From the NCBI GenBank assembly GCA_949299565.1, contig OX437086.1, forward strand, positions 678,919-742,918: a stretch of 64,000 bases of DNA, written 5' to 3'. The notes below the pieces were generated by a model that had not been told where the DNA came from, did no database searches, and saw nothing but the letters and a program-made list of their open reading frames with translations. Origin of the DNA: an uncultured Bacillota bacterium. Its GTDB lineage: Bacteria > Bacillota_I > Bacilli_A > RFN20 > CAG-826. A program made the position numbers and the translations under genes. Below, piece by piece: positions 9,894-19,260 of this stretch; within the stretch, counting starts at the first letter, position 1, and every line of letters starts with the position of its first letter.

Positions 9894-9936
9894 GCCCCTA
9901 AGTCTTGGATCAACCAAGAGGAGGGGGTATTTTTTA
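9894..9936 (+). terminator. Rho-independent terminator of rpmF
   Basis: Imperfect stem CCCCT..CTTGG-atcaa-CCAAG..AGGGGG followed by TATTTTTTAT. Confidence 0.5.
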
Positions 9937-10026
9937 TGTAAAAAGAAGAATAAAAATTCCATTTTGTTTATTTTGAGTTCTTTCTTTATCAGATTTATAT
10001 AAATTGAAACGAGAATAAGCTTTTGC

Positions 10027-10923
10027 TCAAAGCCTATTTTCATCTAAATATTTATAGAGAACAGCGAAATTTTCTGTAAAGTTTTTAAGAAGGATAAACA
10101 CTGTTTTGTTATTTTCGTCTTTCAATTTCATCATGTAGTAATTTTCTTCTATGTGCAGGTTACGATGGTCATGTGCTTTTTTAAGATAAAAAGGCTTATG
10201 AATGATGATGTTGCCGTTATCGATTGCGAGATAATGGAAGAAATAATTTAAGTAGCAATAAAGAGAAAAACCAAGCGTTAATATAGAACATAGCCAAAAT
10301 ATAATTGTCGCATATAGCGGGACGGGGAGTTCGAAAAGGTTTGGTATTACGCTGATGATCGCCAATGCCAATATCGCAAGCCCGAGAAGTCCGGTCCAAA
10401 ACCCCGAATAAGCCGTCACTTTATTAGCTCTAACGACCTTGCTTTCTAAGTTGATTTTTCGCGTTTCCACTGAGTTTGCGTAAGCTTCCAGAAACGCTTC
10501 AACGTTTGTATGAAATGAAGTGAAAGCGAATAGTTCTTTGCCGGTCTTATTAGAGGTTGCAACGATTCTGCCTGCTGAATAAACGATGACGAAATCTTTA
10601 TATTTATATTCTCGTTTGATGAAGAATATATTTTTTATAAGAGAACTTTTTTGGATTTTGCAATAACTAAAAAATAGCAAAAGTGAAAGCATAAGAAAGA
10701 CGAATGATATCGGGATGAATATTGCAATGCCTAACCAGAATGATTGATCTGACAACACATATGATAGTAGAGCGCCTATCCAAGAAAATAGAGAGCAAAA
10801 ATATAACGCACGACCAAAAATCGGCTGATATCTAATACTTTCTTTTGTTTTGTGAACATAAATTTCGGATATCGTGATCGTTAATGCCAAAAATCCTAAA
10901 TAAATAAAAATTAGATACCACAT
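10027..10923 (-). CDS. Hypothetical polytopic membrane protein (two repeats of 3-4 TM helices plus a small soluble domain), in an AT-rich island
   Basis: 298 aa with two blocks of hydrophobic helices, each followed by a ~60-aa hydrophilic segment. The gene and both flanks have much lower GC than the neighbouring genes. Confidence 0.45.
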   Translation of the reverse strand: MWYLIFIYLGFLALTITISEIYVHKTKESIRYQPIFGRALYFCSLFSWIGALLSYVLSDQSFWLGIAIFIPISFVFLMLSLLLFFSYCKIQKSSLIKNIFFIKREYKYKDFVIVYSAGRIVATSNKTGKELFAFTSFHTNVEAFLEAYANSVETRKINLESKVVRANKVTAYSGFWTGLLGLAILALAIISVIPNLFELPVPLYATIIFWLCSILTLGFSLYCYLNYFFHYLAIDNGNIIIHKPFYLKKAHDHRNLHIEENYYMMKLKDENNKTVFILLKNFTENFAVLYKYLDENRL

Positions 10924-11374
10924 AAAACTATTTTGCTTTGTTTATTAAAACAACTAAAAATTCTAATTGATTCTTAATATAACTCACATCGATAGCATAA
11001 TATGTTTTATTGGTTAATTGAATAGCTAGAAAACGTTTTAAACTTAGCAGCAAGTGCAAAAAACTTTACTTCATTTATTCTTTAATACCTAGACTATTAA
11101 AAAATAAACGATCATATTCATAAATAATATTGTCGCCATTTTGCGTTGTTGTAGAGATAAGGTCTTCTCCTTATCAAGAATAGTTGCGGTTTGAAAGCCA
11201 TCAGCAAAAATGGTTGTAATTTTTTGGCCTTTGGTAACATTGTCGTCAGAATAGTTATCTGATACAAAGTTATTGCAGGATTTGTTGTGTTAACTTAGCG
11301 ATCAACCCTTTTTATTTTGTAAGTTTCCTTATCATTCTTTATTATTAAGACTAGGAAAAGAGGAATTGATACCT

Positions 11375-12067
11375 ATGAGCAAAAGTTCTTTATATGATTA
11401 TGGACGTTTCTTCGATCATACATGTTTAAAAGCTAACGCGATGCCGGAGGATATCGTTAAGCTTTGCCATGAAGCTGAACATTATCATTTCCGCACAGTG
11501 TGCGTTAATCCGTTTTATGTGCCATATGCGAAAAAGTTGTTGCGGGGGACTTCGGTTAAAGTGTGCACAGTAATCGGCTTCCCTTTAGGGGCGTCAACGA
11601 TTGAAAGCAAACGCTATGAAGCTTTAGATGCTGTTAGTAGAGGTGCGGATGAAGTTGATATGGTTCAAAACATCGCGATGGCTAAAGCTCATGATTATCT
11701 TTATATCGAACGCGAAATTCGCGCTATAAAAGAAGCGATTCAAGGTCGCGCCCTTTTGAAGGTAATTTTAGAAACATGTTATCTCACGAAAAAAGAAATT
11801 GCTTGTTGTTCGATGGCGGCTCAAAAGGCGGGAGCGGATTTTGTTAAAACTTCGACGGGCTTTGGACCTAAAGGAGCAGATCCGCGCGATGTTTTAATTA
11901 TGCGAAAAGCAGTTGGACCGAAGATGGGAGTCAAGGCCTCTGGCGGAATCCACACACGGGAAGACGTCTTTAGAATGTTTAAAGCGGGAGCCAATAGAAT
12001 TGGCTGCTCCGCAAGCGTCTCAATCATGAAAGAAATCCTGATGGACGAAAACAAAATTCGCCAGTAA
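11375..12067 (+). CDS. deoC: Deoxyribose-phosphate aldolase
   Basis: DHTCLKANA...VCVNP...KVILET...GADFVKTSTGF...VKASGGI are DeoC class I aldolase motifs. RBS AAAAGAGGA lies 9 nt upstream of the ATG. Confidence 0.9.
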   Translation: MSKSSLYDYGRFFDHTCLKANAMPEDIVKLCHEAEHYHFRTVCVNPFYVPYAKKLLRGTSVKVCTVIGFPLGASTIESKRYEALDAVSRGADEVDMVQNIAMAKAHDYLYIEREIRAIKEAIQGRALLKVILETCYLTKKEIACCSMAAQKAGADFVKTSTGFGPKGADPRDVLIMRKAVGPKMGVKASGGIHTREDVFRMFKAGANRIGCSASVSIMKEILMDENKIRQ

Positions 12068-12071
12068 ATAA

Positions 12072-12097
12072 AAGAGGGATTATCCCTCTTTTTTTTC
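12072..12097. terminator. Bidirectional rho-independent terminator (deoC on +, glycosyltransferase on -)
   Basis: AAGAGGGA-tta-TCCCTCTT followed by TTTTTTT. The stop codon of the minus-strand gene lies inside the stem. Confidence 0.7.
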
Positions 12098-13030
12098 TAA
12101 TATTTTGTCAATGAGATTTTTATATCTTTGAGGAATTTTGCTATTTTCTTTATATAGATCCTTCCGATAAGAATTTAATTCTTTTTTCTCGTTTTTATCA
12201 CGTGTTTTATCTAGGCGTCTATCATATTTTAACGATAAATATATTCGCGAACGATGTTTTGACAATAATTTGAGATATTGCCGATTATTAGTGGATAAAA
12301 ACAAATATTTTAAAAACCAATAAACTCCTAAATGTATACTTTCTCTGTTATTTCTGTTTTCGGAAGTTAAAGAATTGAGACCTTTTCTATAATAATAGAG
12401 AGTTTTTCTCGTGAAGATGACTTTTTGACTTTTTAAAAGCAAAGACACCATGGTTGGCAAATCTTCAAATAGTTCAAATTTTGTTTCAAAAATCCACGCG
12501 TTATCTTCAAACAATTTTTTTCGAAATAATTTACCCCAAAGGAATGATCGAAAACTTATATCGCTCAGCAATAACGAGATGGCTTTTTCTTGTCCAAAGA
12601 TTCTTTTCTTTCTAAAAGGATAGGGGACGACTCTTTCGTCTTTAAATATTGCAAACGAACCGACAGCAATGTCGGCTTTTGTTTCGTAGATTAAAGGATG
12701 TAAAACTTTTAAAAAATTCGCGGCAATCATATCGTCCGCGTCGACGAAAGCAATGAAAGGCGCTTTCGCTTCCTTTAAACCAGCCAGTCTCGCCTCGTTT
12801 GGCAACAACTTAACGGCAGAACGGACGATTCTAATGTTGAGGTTTTGTGTTTGAAATTTATGAGCGATGTCCAGCGTTTCATCTTCAGATGGCGAAAGGA
12901 CAATAATCACTTCATAAGCGATCTTGCTCTCTTGTGATACGATGCTTGTTAGAGTGGCTGACAATGTCTTACCAGCATTGAAGGCTGGAACGATAAAAGA
13001 AACGATAGGATTTATCATAACGATTGACAT
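12080..13030 (-). CDS. Family-2 glycosyltransferase
   Basis: N-terminal GT-A motifs FIVPAFNAG...FIAFVDADDM (DxD) and a basic Lys/Arg/Tyr-rich C-terminal tail. Confidence 0.8.
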   Translation of the reverse strand: MSIVMINPIVSFIVPAFNAGKTLSATLTSIVSQESKIAYEVIIVLSPSEDETLDIAHKFQTQNLNIRIVRSAVKLLPNEARLAGLKEAKAPFIAFVDADDMIAANFLKVLHPLIYETKADIAVGSFAIFKDERVVPYPFRKKRIFGQEKAISLLLSDISFRSFLWGKLFRKKLFEDNAWIFETKFELFEDLPTMVSLLLKSQKVIFTRKTLYYYRKGLNSLTSENRNNRESIHLGVYWFLKYLFLSTNNRQYLKLLSKHRSRIYLSLKYDRRLDKTRDKNEKKELNSYRKDLYKENSKIPQRYKNLIDKILEKKEG

Positions 13031-13047
13031 TGTATCCCTTCTTTTTC

Positions 13048-13076
13048 TTGACGTCTAAAACTTCCTCCGCCATAAT
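13048..13076 (+). promoter_or_regulatory. SigA-type promoter of rpsU
   Basis: -35 TTGACG (13048-13053), 17-nt spacer, -10 CATAAT (13071-13076). Confidence 0.5.
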
Positions 13077-13110
13077 CCTTACTGCCTTAGAAAAGAGGTG
13101 AAATTAGAAA

Positions 13111-13287
13111 GTGGCTATCAAAGTTACTTTGCGTGAAGGCGAATCGTTAGACGAGGGAATGCGGAGATTCAAGCGTTCCGTCAATAAATCAGGTGTTTTG
13201 CTTGAAACACGGAAACGTGAATTCTATTTAAAGACCGCGCTTCGCCGTAAAATGAAGTCAGAATTGGCTCGCCGTAAAAAATGGTAA
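13111..13287 (+). CDS. rpsU: 30S ribosomal protein S21 (GTG start)
   Basis: Manual translation gives [58 protein letters not shown], a clear S21 (…LRRFKRS…ARKREFYEKP…). RBS AAAGAGG is 10 nt upstream. At 58 aa it is below the ORF-track cutoff. Confidence 0.85.
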   Translation: MAIKVTLREGESLDEGMRRFKRSVNKSGVLLETRKREFYLKTALRRKMKSELARRKKW

Positions 13288-13292
13288 ATCCT

Positions 13293-13316
13293 AACCCGTC
13301 AATGACGGGTTTTTTC
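13293..13316 (+). terminator. Rho-independent terminator of rpsU
   Basis: AACCCGTC-aatg-ACGGGTT followed by TTTTT. Confidence 0.7.
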
Positions 13317-13363
13317 ATACATTTCATTTGCCTTTTTATAAGAGGATTTTTATTATCAAGCGT

Positions 13364-15490
13364 ATGCGTAAAAAAATTACTTCATTCTTATTACTATCTC
13401 TCGGCGCTTCCTTTTTAGTTTCATGCGTGGGGCCTATGGGTTCTAGTGTCGGCAGCACAAGCGACATTTCGTCTTTGCCTCCGGCCTCCTCTTCTTTGAC
13501 TGAACCGCAATTGGCAATCAGAGATGACGGAAATTATTACATCGGCGATACTTATAGCACGCTTGGAGAACCGACTGTTTATCTTGAAGATGGAGAAAGT
13601 TCAAGAGAACTCGACGTTACTTTTTTAAATTTAAATGTAGTTGATCCGTGGGGCTATGATTTCGAAACAGCAGACCCTTTCAGTGTTGCCGGCGATTATG
13701 TTGTTGATGCCTCTTTTAGTTACGAAGGGAAAGAATATACTCTAGCCTACACTTTCTATGTAAATTCGCTTCTTGAAATCGGAACTTCTCCTCTTCACCT
13801 ATCAGTGGAACTTGAAAAAGAACCGACACCGGGGATGAGAATTCTCGATGATAACGAAATTATTTTGGGCATCGAATGGTTGAATTACGGAGTTGAATAT
13901 TTTCGTTATGAGGAAGAGAATGCTGAATTCGCTCTTGAACTTTTCGAGAATCAACATGCCCTAAACGTAATTAATGAGCCCTTAATGAGTGATCGCGCTT
14001 ACGATTTGCGTTTTTCTTTTAGAGGACAGACAGCAAGTTACGCTTTTTCGCTTGATGAGGGGTATGTTGCCATCAGCGATCCTTCCTTTACGAGCGATGA
14101 AATCGATAGTTCCTATGCTCCTAGTAACGGCCCTTTAAATGTTTTGGTAGTGCCGATTTCTTTAGATCCTGGCGCCTACGCTGGCCTTCCGTGCCCTGAA
14201 TGGAATGAGACGACTATCTCGACCTTAAATGACGCGTTCTTTGGCGATAGCGATACATTGGTCGGGAACCGTCCTTCCTTCAAAACGTATTTTGAGTTGG
14301 CTTCTTATGGCGAGGTTTCAATCGAAGGATTTGTGGCCGATGTTTATTACGAACTTGATACACGTTACACAATGTCGGCAATCATGAACGATTCTACTTA
14401 CGGGCGCTTGAGTTCATTGATGCAGCGGGCGGTCGCTCAAACCATTGAAAATCATCCGGAAATCGATTGGAGCGACTTCGATCGCAATAACGACGCGCGT
14501 TTTGACGCTATTCATTTCGTCACTAACGTCCCTGATCAATACACGATGCAAGCTTATGTTGGTGATTGGTGGTCAACGCCCTTATGGCCGCATATGAGCG
14601 AATTAGAGCCTTTGAGCAGTGCTAGTCACGAGTTGCCGTCTGTCGGCGCTTATTCCATGAATGCGCTCGGCTTTTTTAACGATGCGATGACGGCTGTTCA
14701 TGAACAAGGACATATTTTTGGAATCGATGATTACTATGACTATTCCTATTATCGTGAATATTTAGGAAGTTACGATATGCAAGGAGCGGGTACGATGCTC
14801 GATTGGAACCCGTTCTCAAAATTCGCCGTCGGCTGGGGAACTCCTTATGTAGTGACGGGGCTTAAAGAAGAAGTGACAATCGACATCGGAGCGTTCTCTG
14901 CCACGGGTGAATCGATTATAATTCCGGCAAATTATGAGAATTTCAACGGCTCTGCGTTCTCTGAATATTTGATGATTGAACTTTATTCAGATAATGTCGG
15001 AGTCAACGCTTACGATTGGTTTGATGATTATTATCCTCGTTTAGGCAATGGATACGGCATTCGTCTATATCATGTCGATGCTCGTTTATGGGAAGCGCCT
15101 AGTTATTCCTACATCAATTCAGGAAACTTTGTCTCTTCACCCGAAGAAAGAACGGAGGGCTATAACTATTTAGGGGTTGGCTGCAATAATTCGTATGATT
15201 CTAGCGCATATGGATCATCGCCTTCACCGCGTGAATTAGAGCGTTATCCGCTCATCAATATCATTGAAGCCGATGGGAGGAACGATTTGATCAACGGCTA
15301 TAGCAGCATTCTAGAAGCAAGCGATCTTTTCTATAGCGGTGACGTCTTTAGTTGGAACGAATATAGCGATGCTCATCATAAAGACGGTCGTGAAATGACG
15401 ACGATGCATGACGGAACTACCTTCCCTTATGAAATAAGTTTCGATGAAGTGACAAGCACTTCGGCGACGATTACGATTTCTTTCCGTTAA
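13364..15490 (+). CDS. Secreted lipoprotein with a zinc-metalloprotease motif HExxHxxGxxD (M6 / immune inhibitor A-like)
   Basis: Lipoprotein signal MRKKITSFLLLSLGASFLVSC (lipobox LVSC). The central motif AVHEQGHIFGIDDYYD matches the M6 family motif HEfGHxLGLPDxYD. Confidence 0.6.
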   Translation: MRKKITSFLLLSLGASFLVSCVGPMGSSVGSTSDISSLPPASSSLTEPQLAIRDDGNYYIGDTYSTLGEPTVYLEDGESSRELDVTFLNLNVVDPWGYDFETADPFSVAGDYVVDASFSYEGKEYTLAYTFYVNSLLEIGTSPLHLSVELEKEPTPGMRILDDNEIILGIEWLNYGVEYFRYEEENAEFALELFENQHALNVINEPLMSDRAYDLRFSFRGQTASYAFSLDEGYVAISDPSFTSDEIDSSYAPSNGPLNVLVVPISLDPGAYAGLPCPEWNETTISTLNDAFFGDSDTLVGNRPSFKTYFELASYGEVSIEGFVADVYYELDTRYTMSAIMNDSTYGRLSSLMQRAVAQTIENHPEIDWSDFDRNNDARFDAIHFVTNVPDQYTMQAYVGDWWSTPLWPHMSELEPLSSASHELPSVGAYSMNALGFFNDAMTAVHEQGHIFGIDDYYDYSYYREYLGSYDMQGAGTMLDWNPFSKFAVGWGTPYVVTGLKEEVTIDIGAFSATGESIIIPANYENFNGSAFSEYLMIELYSDNVGVNAYDWFDDYYPRLGNGYGIRLYHVDARLWEAPSYSYINSGNFVSSPEERTEGYNYLGVGCNNSYDSSAYGSSPSPRELERYPLINIIEADGRNDLINGYSSILEASDLFYSGDVFSWNEYSDAHHKDGREMTTMHDGTTFPYEISFDEVTSTSATITISFR

Positions 15491-15526
15491 TTTAAGGCAA
15501 TATTCTTCTTTCTCATCTATTAAGAA

Positions 15527-16696
15527 GTGATGAGGGATCTTGTTTATCAGTCTAATTTCAATAGCTGCGGCTACGCTTCACTCCGCAGCTTTTTGATTTT
15601 ATTTACCAAGAGGAAAAGCTTTCGTTATCTTCGAAGTCAAAAGAAAGAACGCCTCTCTTTAAAGGAATTAAGTTCATTGGCGGAAGAACACGGGATCATA
15701 GTTAAATGGCGGCAAGCCTTCTCTTCTAATTGTTTAAAAGAAGCGAAGAACACGCCATATCTATTGCTGCTAAAAGATCAAAAAAGCGAACATTTAGTCG
15801 TTTTGAAAAGAGTAAGAAAAAACAAGGCGCTTATTCGGGATCCTGAGCAAGGCTGGCAAGCGATTGAACTTAAAAAGCTAGAAGAACGCTGGTCGCTAAT
15901 TTATGGAGAAGGAAAGAAAAGCGAAAATATTTCCGCTCCTCTTAAAATTAAATTTTTAAATCGGCAACTGTTGACGTTCACGATAGTTTCTCTTTTCTTT
16001 TTCGTTTTTGCCTTTCTCTTTTTTCTTTTCGCTCTTTCTTGTGGAAATTTCCTTTTTATGGGAATATTGATGACTATTTCCCTTCTATCGGCCATTGCTT
16101 TTCTCTTGTCGGTTCATCTTCTTTTCAAAGATTTTAAAAGACGATATCAAAGTCTTTTCTTTGATAAAGAGAAACTTTTTGAAGAAGACTTTTTAATATA
16201 TGAGAGATTCAAAGCCCAACTTTATGGACCTATTTTGCGTTTTTCCGCTTTTTTGTCAGTATCGATAGCGATCTATCTCTTTTTACTGAAGGAATCGTTC
16301 TTTCTCTTATCTGGAAGTTTGTTTCTGCTTGCAGTTTTTCCGTTTATCTACTTCGCTCTCTTTAAGCCTTTTAAAGAATCATTAAGCAAATTAGAGAAAG
16401 AGGAAACTCATTTCATGAAACACATAAACGAAGAGAGAAAGAAAATTATTAAGTTAGAGAAGAAGGCTGCGCGTCTCGCTTTTTATAAGGGAATTATGCT
16501 TTTCGCTATTTTGGCGCTTGTGATTTTAGCCTCTTTAATTCCTTCTTTTCTTACAAAAGTTTTTCTCCTTGATAGTTTTCTTTTTGGCATAAGCGTCAAT
16601 TTCGTCCTTTTCGAATGCTTAAAAGAAATTTTCTTAAATTTAACGAGCTTAGGCGACAAGAGACTGTTCGATGCCTTTTTTGAACGTTTTTACTAA
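15527..16696 (+). CDS. Peptidase C39 domain fused to a six-helix ABC-exporter-type transmembrane domain, with no ATP-binding domain
   Basis: N-terminus YQSNFNSCGYASL (Q...CG.A.L Cys motif), then EHLVVLKR...IRDPEQG (His and Asp region) as in bacteriocin-processing C39 domains. About 260 aa of membrane helices follow. The ORF stops with no NBD, and the next gene is ybeY. Confidence 0.65.
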   Translation: MMRDLVYQSNFNSCGYASLRSFLILFTKRKSFRYLRSQKKERLSLKELSSLAEEHGIIVKWRQAFSSNCLKEAKNTPYLLLLKDQKSEHLVVLKRVRKNKALIRDPEQGWQAIELKKLEERWSLIYGEGKKSENISAPLKIKFLNRQLLTFTIVSLFFFVFAFLFFLFALSCGNFLFMGILMTISLLSAIAFLLSVHLLFKDFKRRYQSLFFDKEKLFEEDFLIYERFKAQLYGPILRFSAFLSVSIAIYLFLLKESFFLLSGSLFLLAVFPFIYFALFKPFKESLSKLEKEETHFMKHINEERKKIIKLEKKAARLAFYKGIMLFAILALVILASLIPSFLTKVFLLDSFLFGISVNFVLFECLKEIFLNLTSLGDKRLFDAFFERFY

Positions 16697-16729
16697 GTTT
16701 TTTAAGTTTAACAATGATATAGTAGCAGC

Positions 16730-17191
16730 ATGGAATTGTTGTATTTAGAAGAATGGGAAAGTCACATTCCTGACTTAGAGTCGTCGCTTAAAAGCGCCTT
16801 GACGAAAACCTTCAAGCGCTTGAACGTTAAAGTTAATTATGAAGTTGACCTCACTTTGGTTGATAAAGAGACAATTCATCAATTGAATTATGAATATCGA
16901 AAAATCGATAGACCGACTGATGTTTTAAGTTTTGCCTTCCTTGAAGGCGAAGACCCGATTTCCAATATTAAGAATCCACGAATATTGCGCCTTTTAGGCG
17001 ATATTTTTATCGCTGGCGAGGTAGCAGAAAAACAAGCCGAAGAATTAGGACATTCTTTAAAACGCGAGATAGTTTTTCTTTTCATCCACGGTTTATTGCA
17101 TCTATTAGGTTACGATCATCAAAACGAAGAAGAAGCCGAGAAAATGTATGCTTTGCAACGCGAGATAATTCAGGAGGTTGAGGGATTATGA
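16730..17191 (+). CDS. ybeY: rRNA maturation endoribonuclease YbeY
   Basis: HGLLHLLGYDH metal-binding motif. Size 153 aa. Followed by cdd-era-recO as in Bacillus. Confidence 0.9.
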   Translation: MELLYLEEWESHIPDLESSLKSALTKTFKRLNVKVNYEVDLTLVDKETIHQLNYEYRKIDRPTDVLSFAFLEGEDPISNIKNPRILRLLGDIFIAGEVAEKQAEELGHSLKREIVFLFIHGLLHLLGYDHQNEEEAEKMYALQREIIQEVEGL

Positions 17192-17589
17192 TGGACAAAG
17201 AAACGCTTATTGAATTAGCGAAAGAAGCGCGCGAACTTTCCTATTCGCCTTATTCTAAGTTTGCTGTCGGGGCGGCTTTAGAATGCGAGGACGGAAGCGT
17301 CTATTTAGGCGCGAATGTCGAGAACGCCTCTTATCCTCTCAGCATGTGCGCTGAGCGCAATGCCATTTATAACGCTTTAATGGACGGCAAAAGCAAAGAC
17401 GATTTTGTAGCTTTGGCGGTAATCGGAGATACAGAAGACCCGATCAGTCCTTGCGGTGCTTGCCGCCAAGTTCTTTCTGAATTATTTCCCGAGGAGGCCC
17501 CGATTTATTTAGCCAATCTCGACGGCAAAATTTCCATAACTGATATCCGTTCATTATTGCCTTTCGCTTTTGCTGGAGGAGATTTATGA
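17188..17589 (+). CDS. cdd: Cytidine deaminase
   Basis: SPYSKFAVGAAL...CAERNAI...PCGACRQVL are homotetrameric Cdd motifs. Confidence 0.9.
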   Translation: MMDKETLIELAKEARELSYSPYSKFAVGAALECEDGSVYLGANVENASYPLSMCAERNAIYNALMDGKSKDDFVALAVIGDTEDPISPCGACRQVLSELFPEEAPIYLANLDGKISITDIRSLLPFAFAGGDL

Positions 17590-18479
17590 AGTCGGGTTTT
17601 GTGGCGCTTCTAGGATTGCCTAACGCCGGGAAGAGCAGTTTGCTCAACGCTTTAATGTCAGAAAAGATTGCAATCGTGACGCCGAAAGAACAGACGACGC
17701 GCGAAAATATTCTCGGGCTCGTCAACGGGCGCGATTACCAGATCGCTTTCATCGACACTCCCGGTTTATACGAAGGCGATGAAGCTCTTGCAAAAATCAT
17801 GATTCATAGTGCTCGGCGCGCGCTTTCTGATGTCGATGCTGTTTTTTATCTCATCGATTCCTCCAAGGGCGTTCGCGAGGAAGACATAAACTGGCTCAAA
17901 AGAATTAAAACATCAGCCCCCGTCTATTTACTCTTCAACAAAATCGATCTTGTCAAAGCGCCTGACATGGAGGAATTGTTGGCATATTATCAAAAGACGA
18001 AACCGGAATGTCTCCAAATTCAATTGTCCGTGAAAACTAATTTCAATTTGAAGGAAGTTCGAGAAATTGCTAAAAAGCATTTGAAAACGGAAGGGGAGCT
18101 TTTTCCGTCTTCAATGAAAAGCGATAAAAGTTTGTCTTTCCAAGCAAAAGAGATTATTCGCGAAAAGCTTCTAGTCTTTTTAAACGACGAAGTCCCGCAT
18201 CAATGTGCGGTTCTTCTAAAACAGTTCGTAGAAGACAAAGGCGAATTCTTCATAAAAGGCGAAATCCTTGTGGAGAAGGAAGGCCAAAAGGCCATCGTGA
18301 TTGGAAAAGGCGGAGCGATGATTAAAAAAATCGGAATCAGCGCGCGGCAGGAAATGGAGCGTGTTTTTAAGAAACACGTTTTTCTTGATTTAAAGGTCGT
18401 TTACGCCCCTCATTGGCGGAGCGATTACAAAGTTTTGGCAAAACTTGGTTATGGAAAAGACGCCGTTAACGACGATTGA
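17586..18479 (+). CDS. era: GTPase Era
   Basis: GFVALLGLPNAGKSSLLNAL (G1), DTPG (G3), NKIDL (G4), and a C-terminal KH domain. Confidence 0.95.
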   Translation: MKSGFVALLGLPNAGKSSLLNALMSEKIAIVTPKEQTTRENILGLVNGRDYQIAFIDTPGLYEGDEALAKIMIHSARRALSDVDAVFYLIDSSKGVREEDINWLKRIKTSAPVYLLFNKIDLVKAPDMEELLAYYQKTKPECLQIQLSVKTNFNLKEVREIAKKHLKTEGELFPSSMKSDKSLSFQAKEIIREKLLVFLNDEVPHQCAVLLKQFVEDKGEFFIKGEILVEKEGQKAIVIGKGGAMIKKIGISARQEMERVFKKHVFLDLKVVYAPHWRSDYKVLAKLGYGKDAVNDD

Positions 18480-19188
18480 AGGCTATATAATTCGCGTTTC
18501 GCCCTATAAAGATAAAGATGCGATCATCACAGTCCTTACGCCTCTTTCTCTCATATCCTTTCGCGCCCCCTCAGCGATGAAAAGCACGAGCCGTCTTCAT
18601 ATGGCGACGCTTATCTTAGCGCACGGGAAATTTTCTCTTAAAAAAAGCGGGAAATATTTCTCTCTTGTTGAAGTGGAACTTGATTTTTATCCGCATTTAG
18701 AAAGCGATTATTCACGTTGCGTCGCCTTTTCTTATATTCAAGAATTGGCCCAGAAGTTACTTCCTAAAGACAATATCTCTTTCGATAACAACCGAATATT
18801 TCTTTATCTCGATGAGAGCGTGCACGCGCTTATTGAAAATGTTGATGTTTATAAAACCGCGCTTTTTCTAACGGGCGGCTGGTTAAAAGAATTAGGATAT
18901 GGCTTCGAGGTGGATGAATGCTTAATTTGCGGGAGGCATGATGATATCGTCGCTTTTTCTTTTGCGGAGGGAGGCTTTTTGTGTCGTCAACACCAAAAAG
19001 AACCCGCTCTTCACGGGGCTGATCTTTTAAAAGTTGCTCGCTGGAGTTTCCGCACTGGCTTTGAGAAATGGAGAACTTCAGAAATTCCTCAAGCGCCAGC
19101 AAAAGAATTTTTCCTCACGCTCCTTGAACATATTCCGTTCTTTCTCGACATTAATTTCAAGTCTCTTCAATTGTGGAAGACATTATAA
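18451..19188 (+). CDS. recO: DNA repair protein RecO
   Basis: OB-fold N-terminus and a C-terminal CxxC...CxxH zinc motif (CLICGRHDD...FLCRQH). In the conserved position after era. Confidence 0.85.
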   Translation: MEKTPLTTIEGYIIRVSPYKDKDAIITVLTPLSLISFRAPSAMKSTSRLHMATLILAHGKFSLKKSGKYFSLVEVELDFYPHLESDYSRCVAFSYIQELAQKLLPKDNISFDNNRIFLYLDESVHALIENVDVYKTALFLTGGWLKELGYGFEVDECLICGRHDDIVAFSFAEGGFLCRQHQKEPALHGADLLKVARWSFRTGFEKWRTSEIPQAPAKEFFLTLLEHIPFFLDINFKSLQLWKTL

Positions 19189-19205
19189 AGTACACTTATA
19201 AGAGG

Positions 19206-19260
19206 TTGACAAACCATAGTTAAAAGAAGATAATCGCACGGGCGCAAAACCTGCGTGCGA
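19206..19260 (+). promoter_or_regulatory. glyQS promoter with a leader hairpin
   Basis: -35 TTGACA (19206-19211), 17-nt spacer, -10 GATAAT (19229-19234). A hairpin TCGCACG-N13-CGTGCGA follows and partly overlaps the GAGG Shine-Dalgarno. The leader is too short for a T-box. Confidence 0.5.

Noticed and set aside
9872-11374. Possible tRNA or other structured RNA genes in the AT-rich spacers
   Set aside because: No GC-rich cloverleaf-like segments and no T-loop GTTCRANYC motifs. The sequence is uniformly AT-rich.
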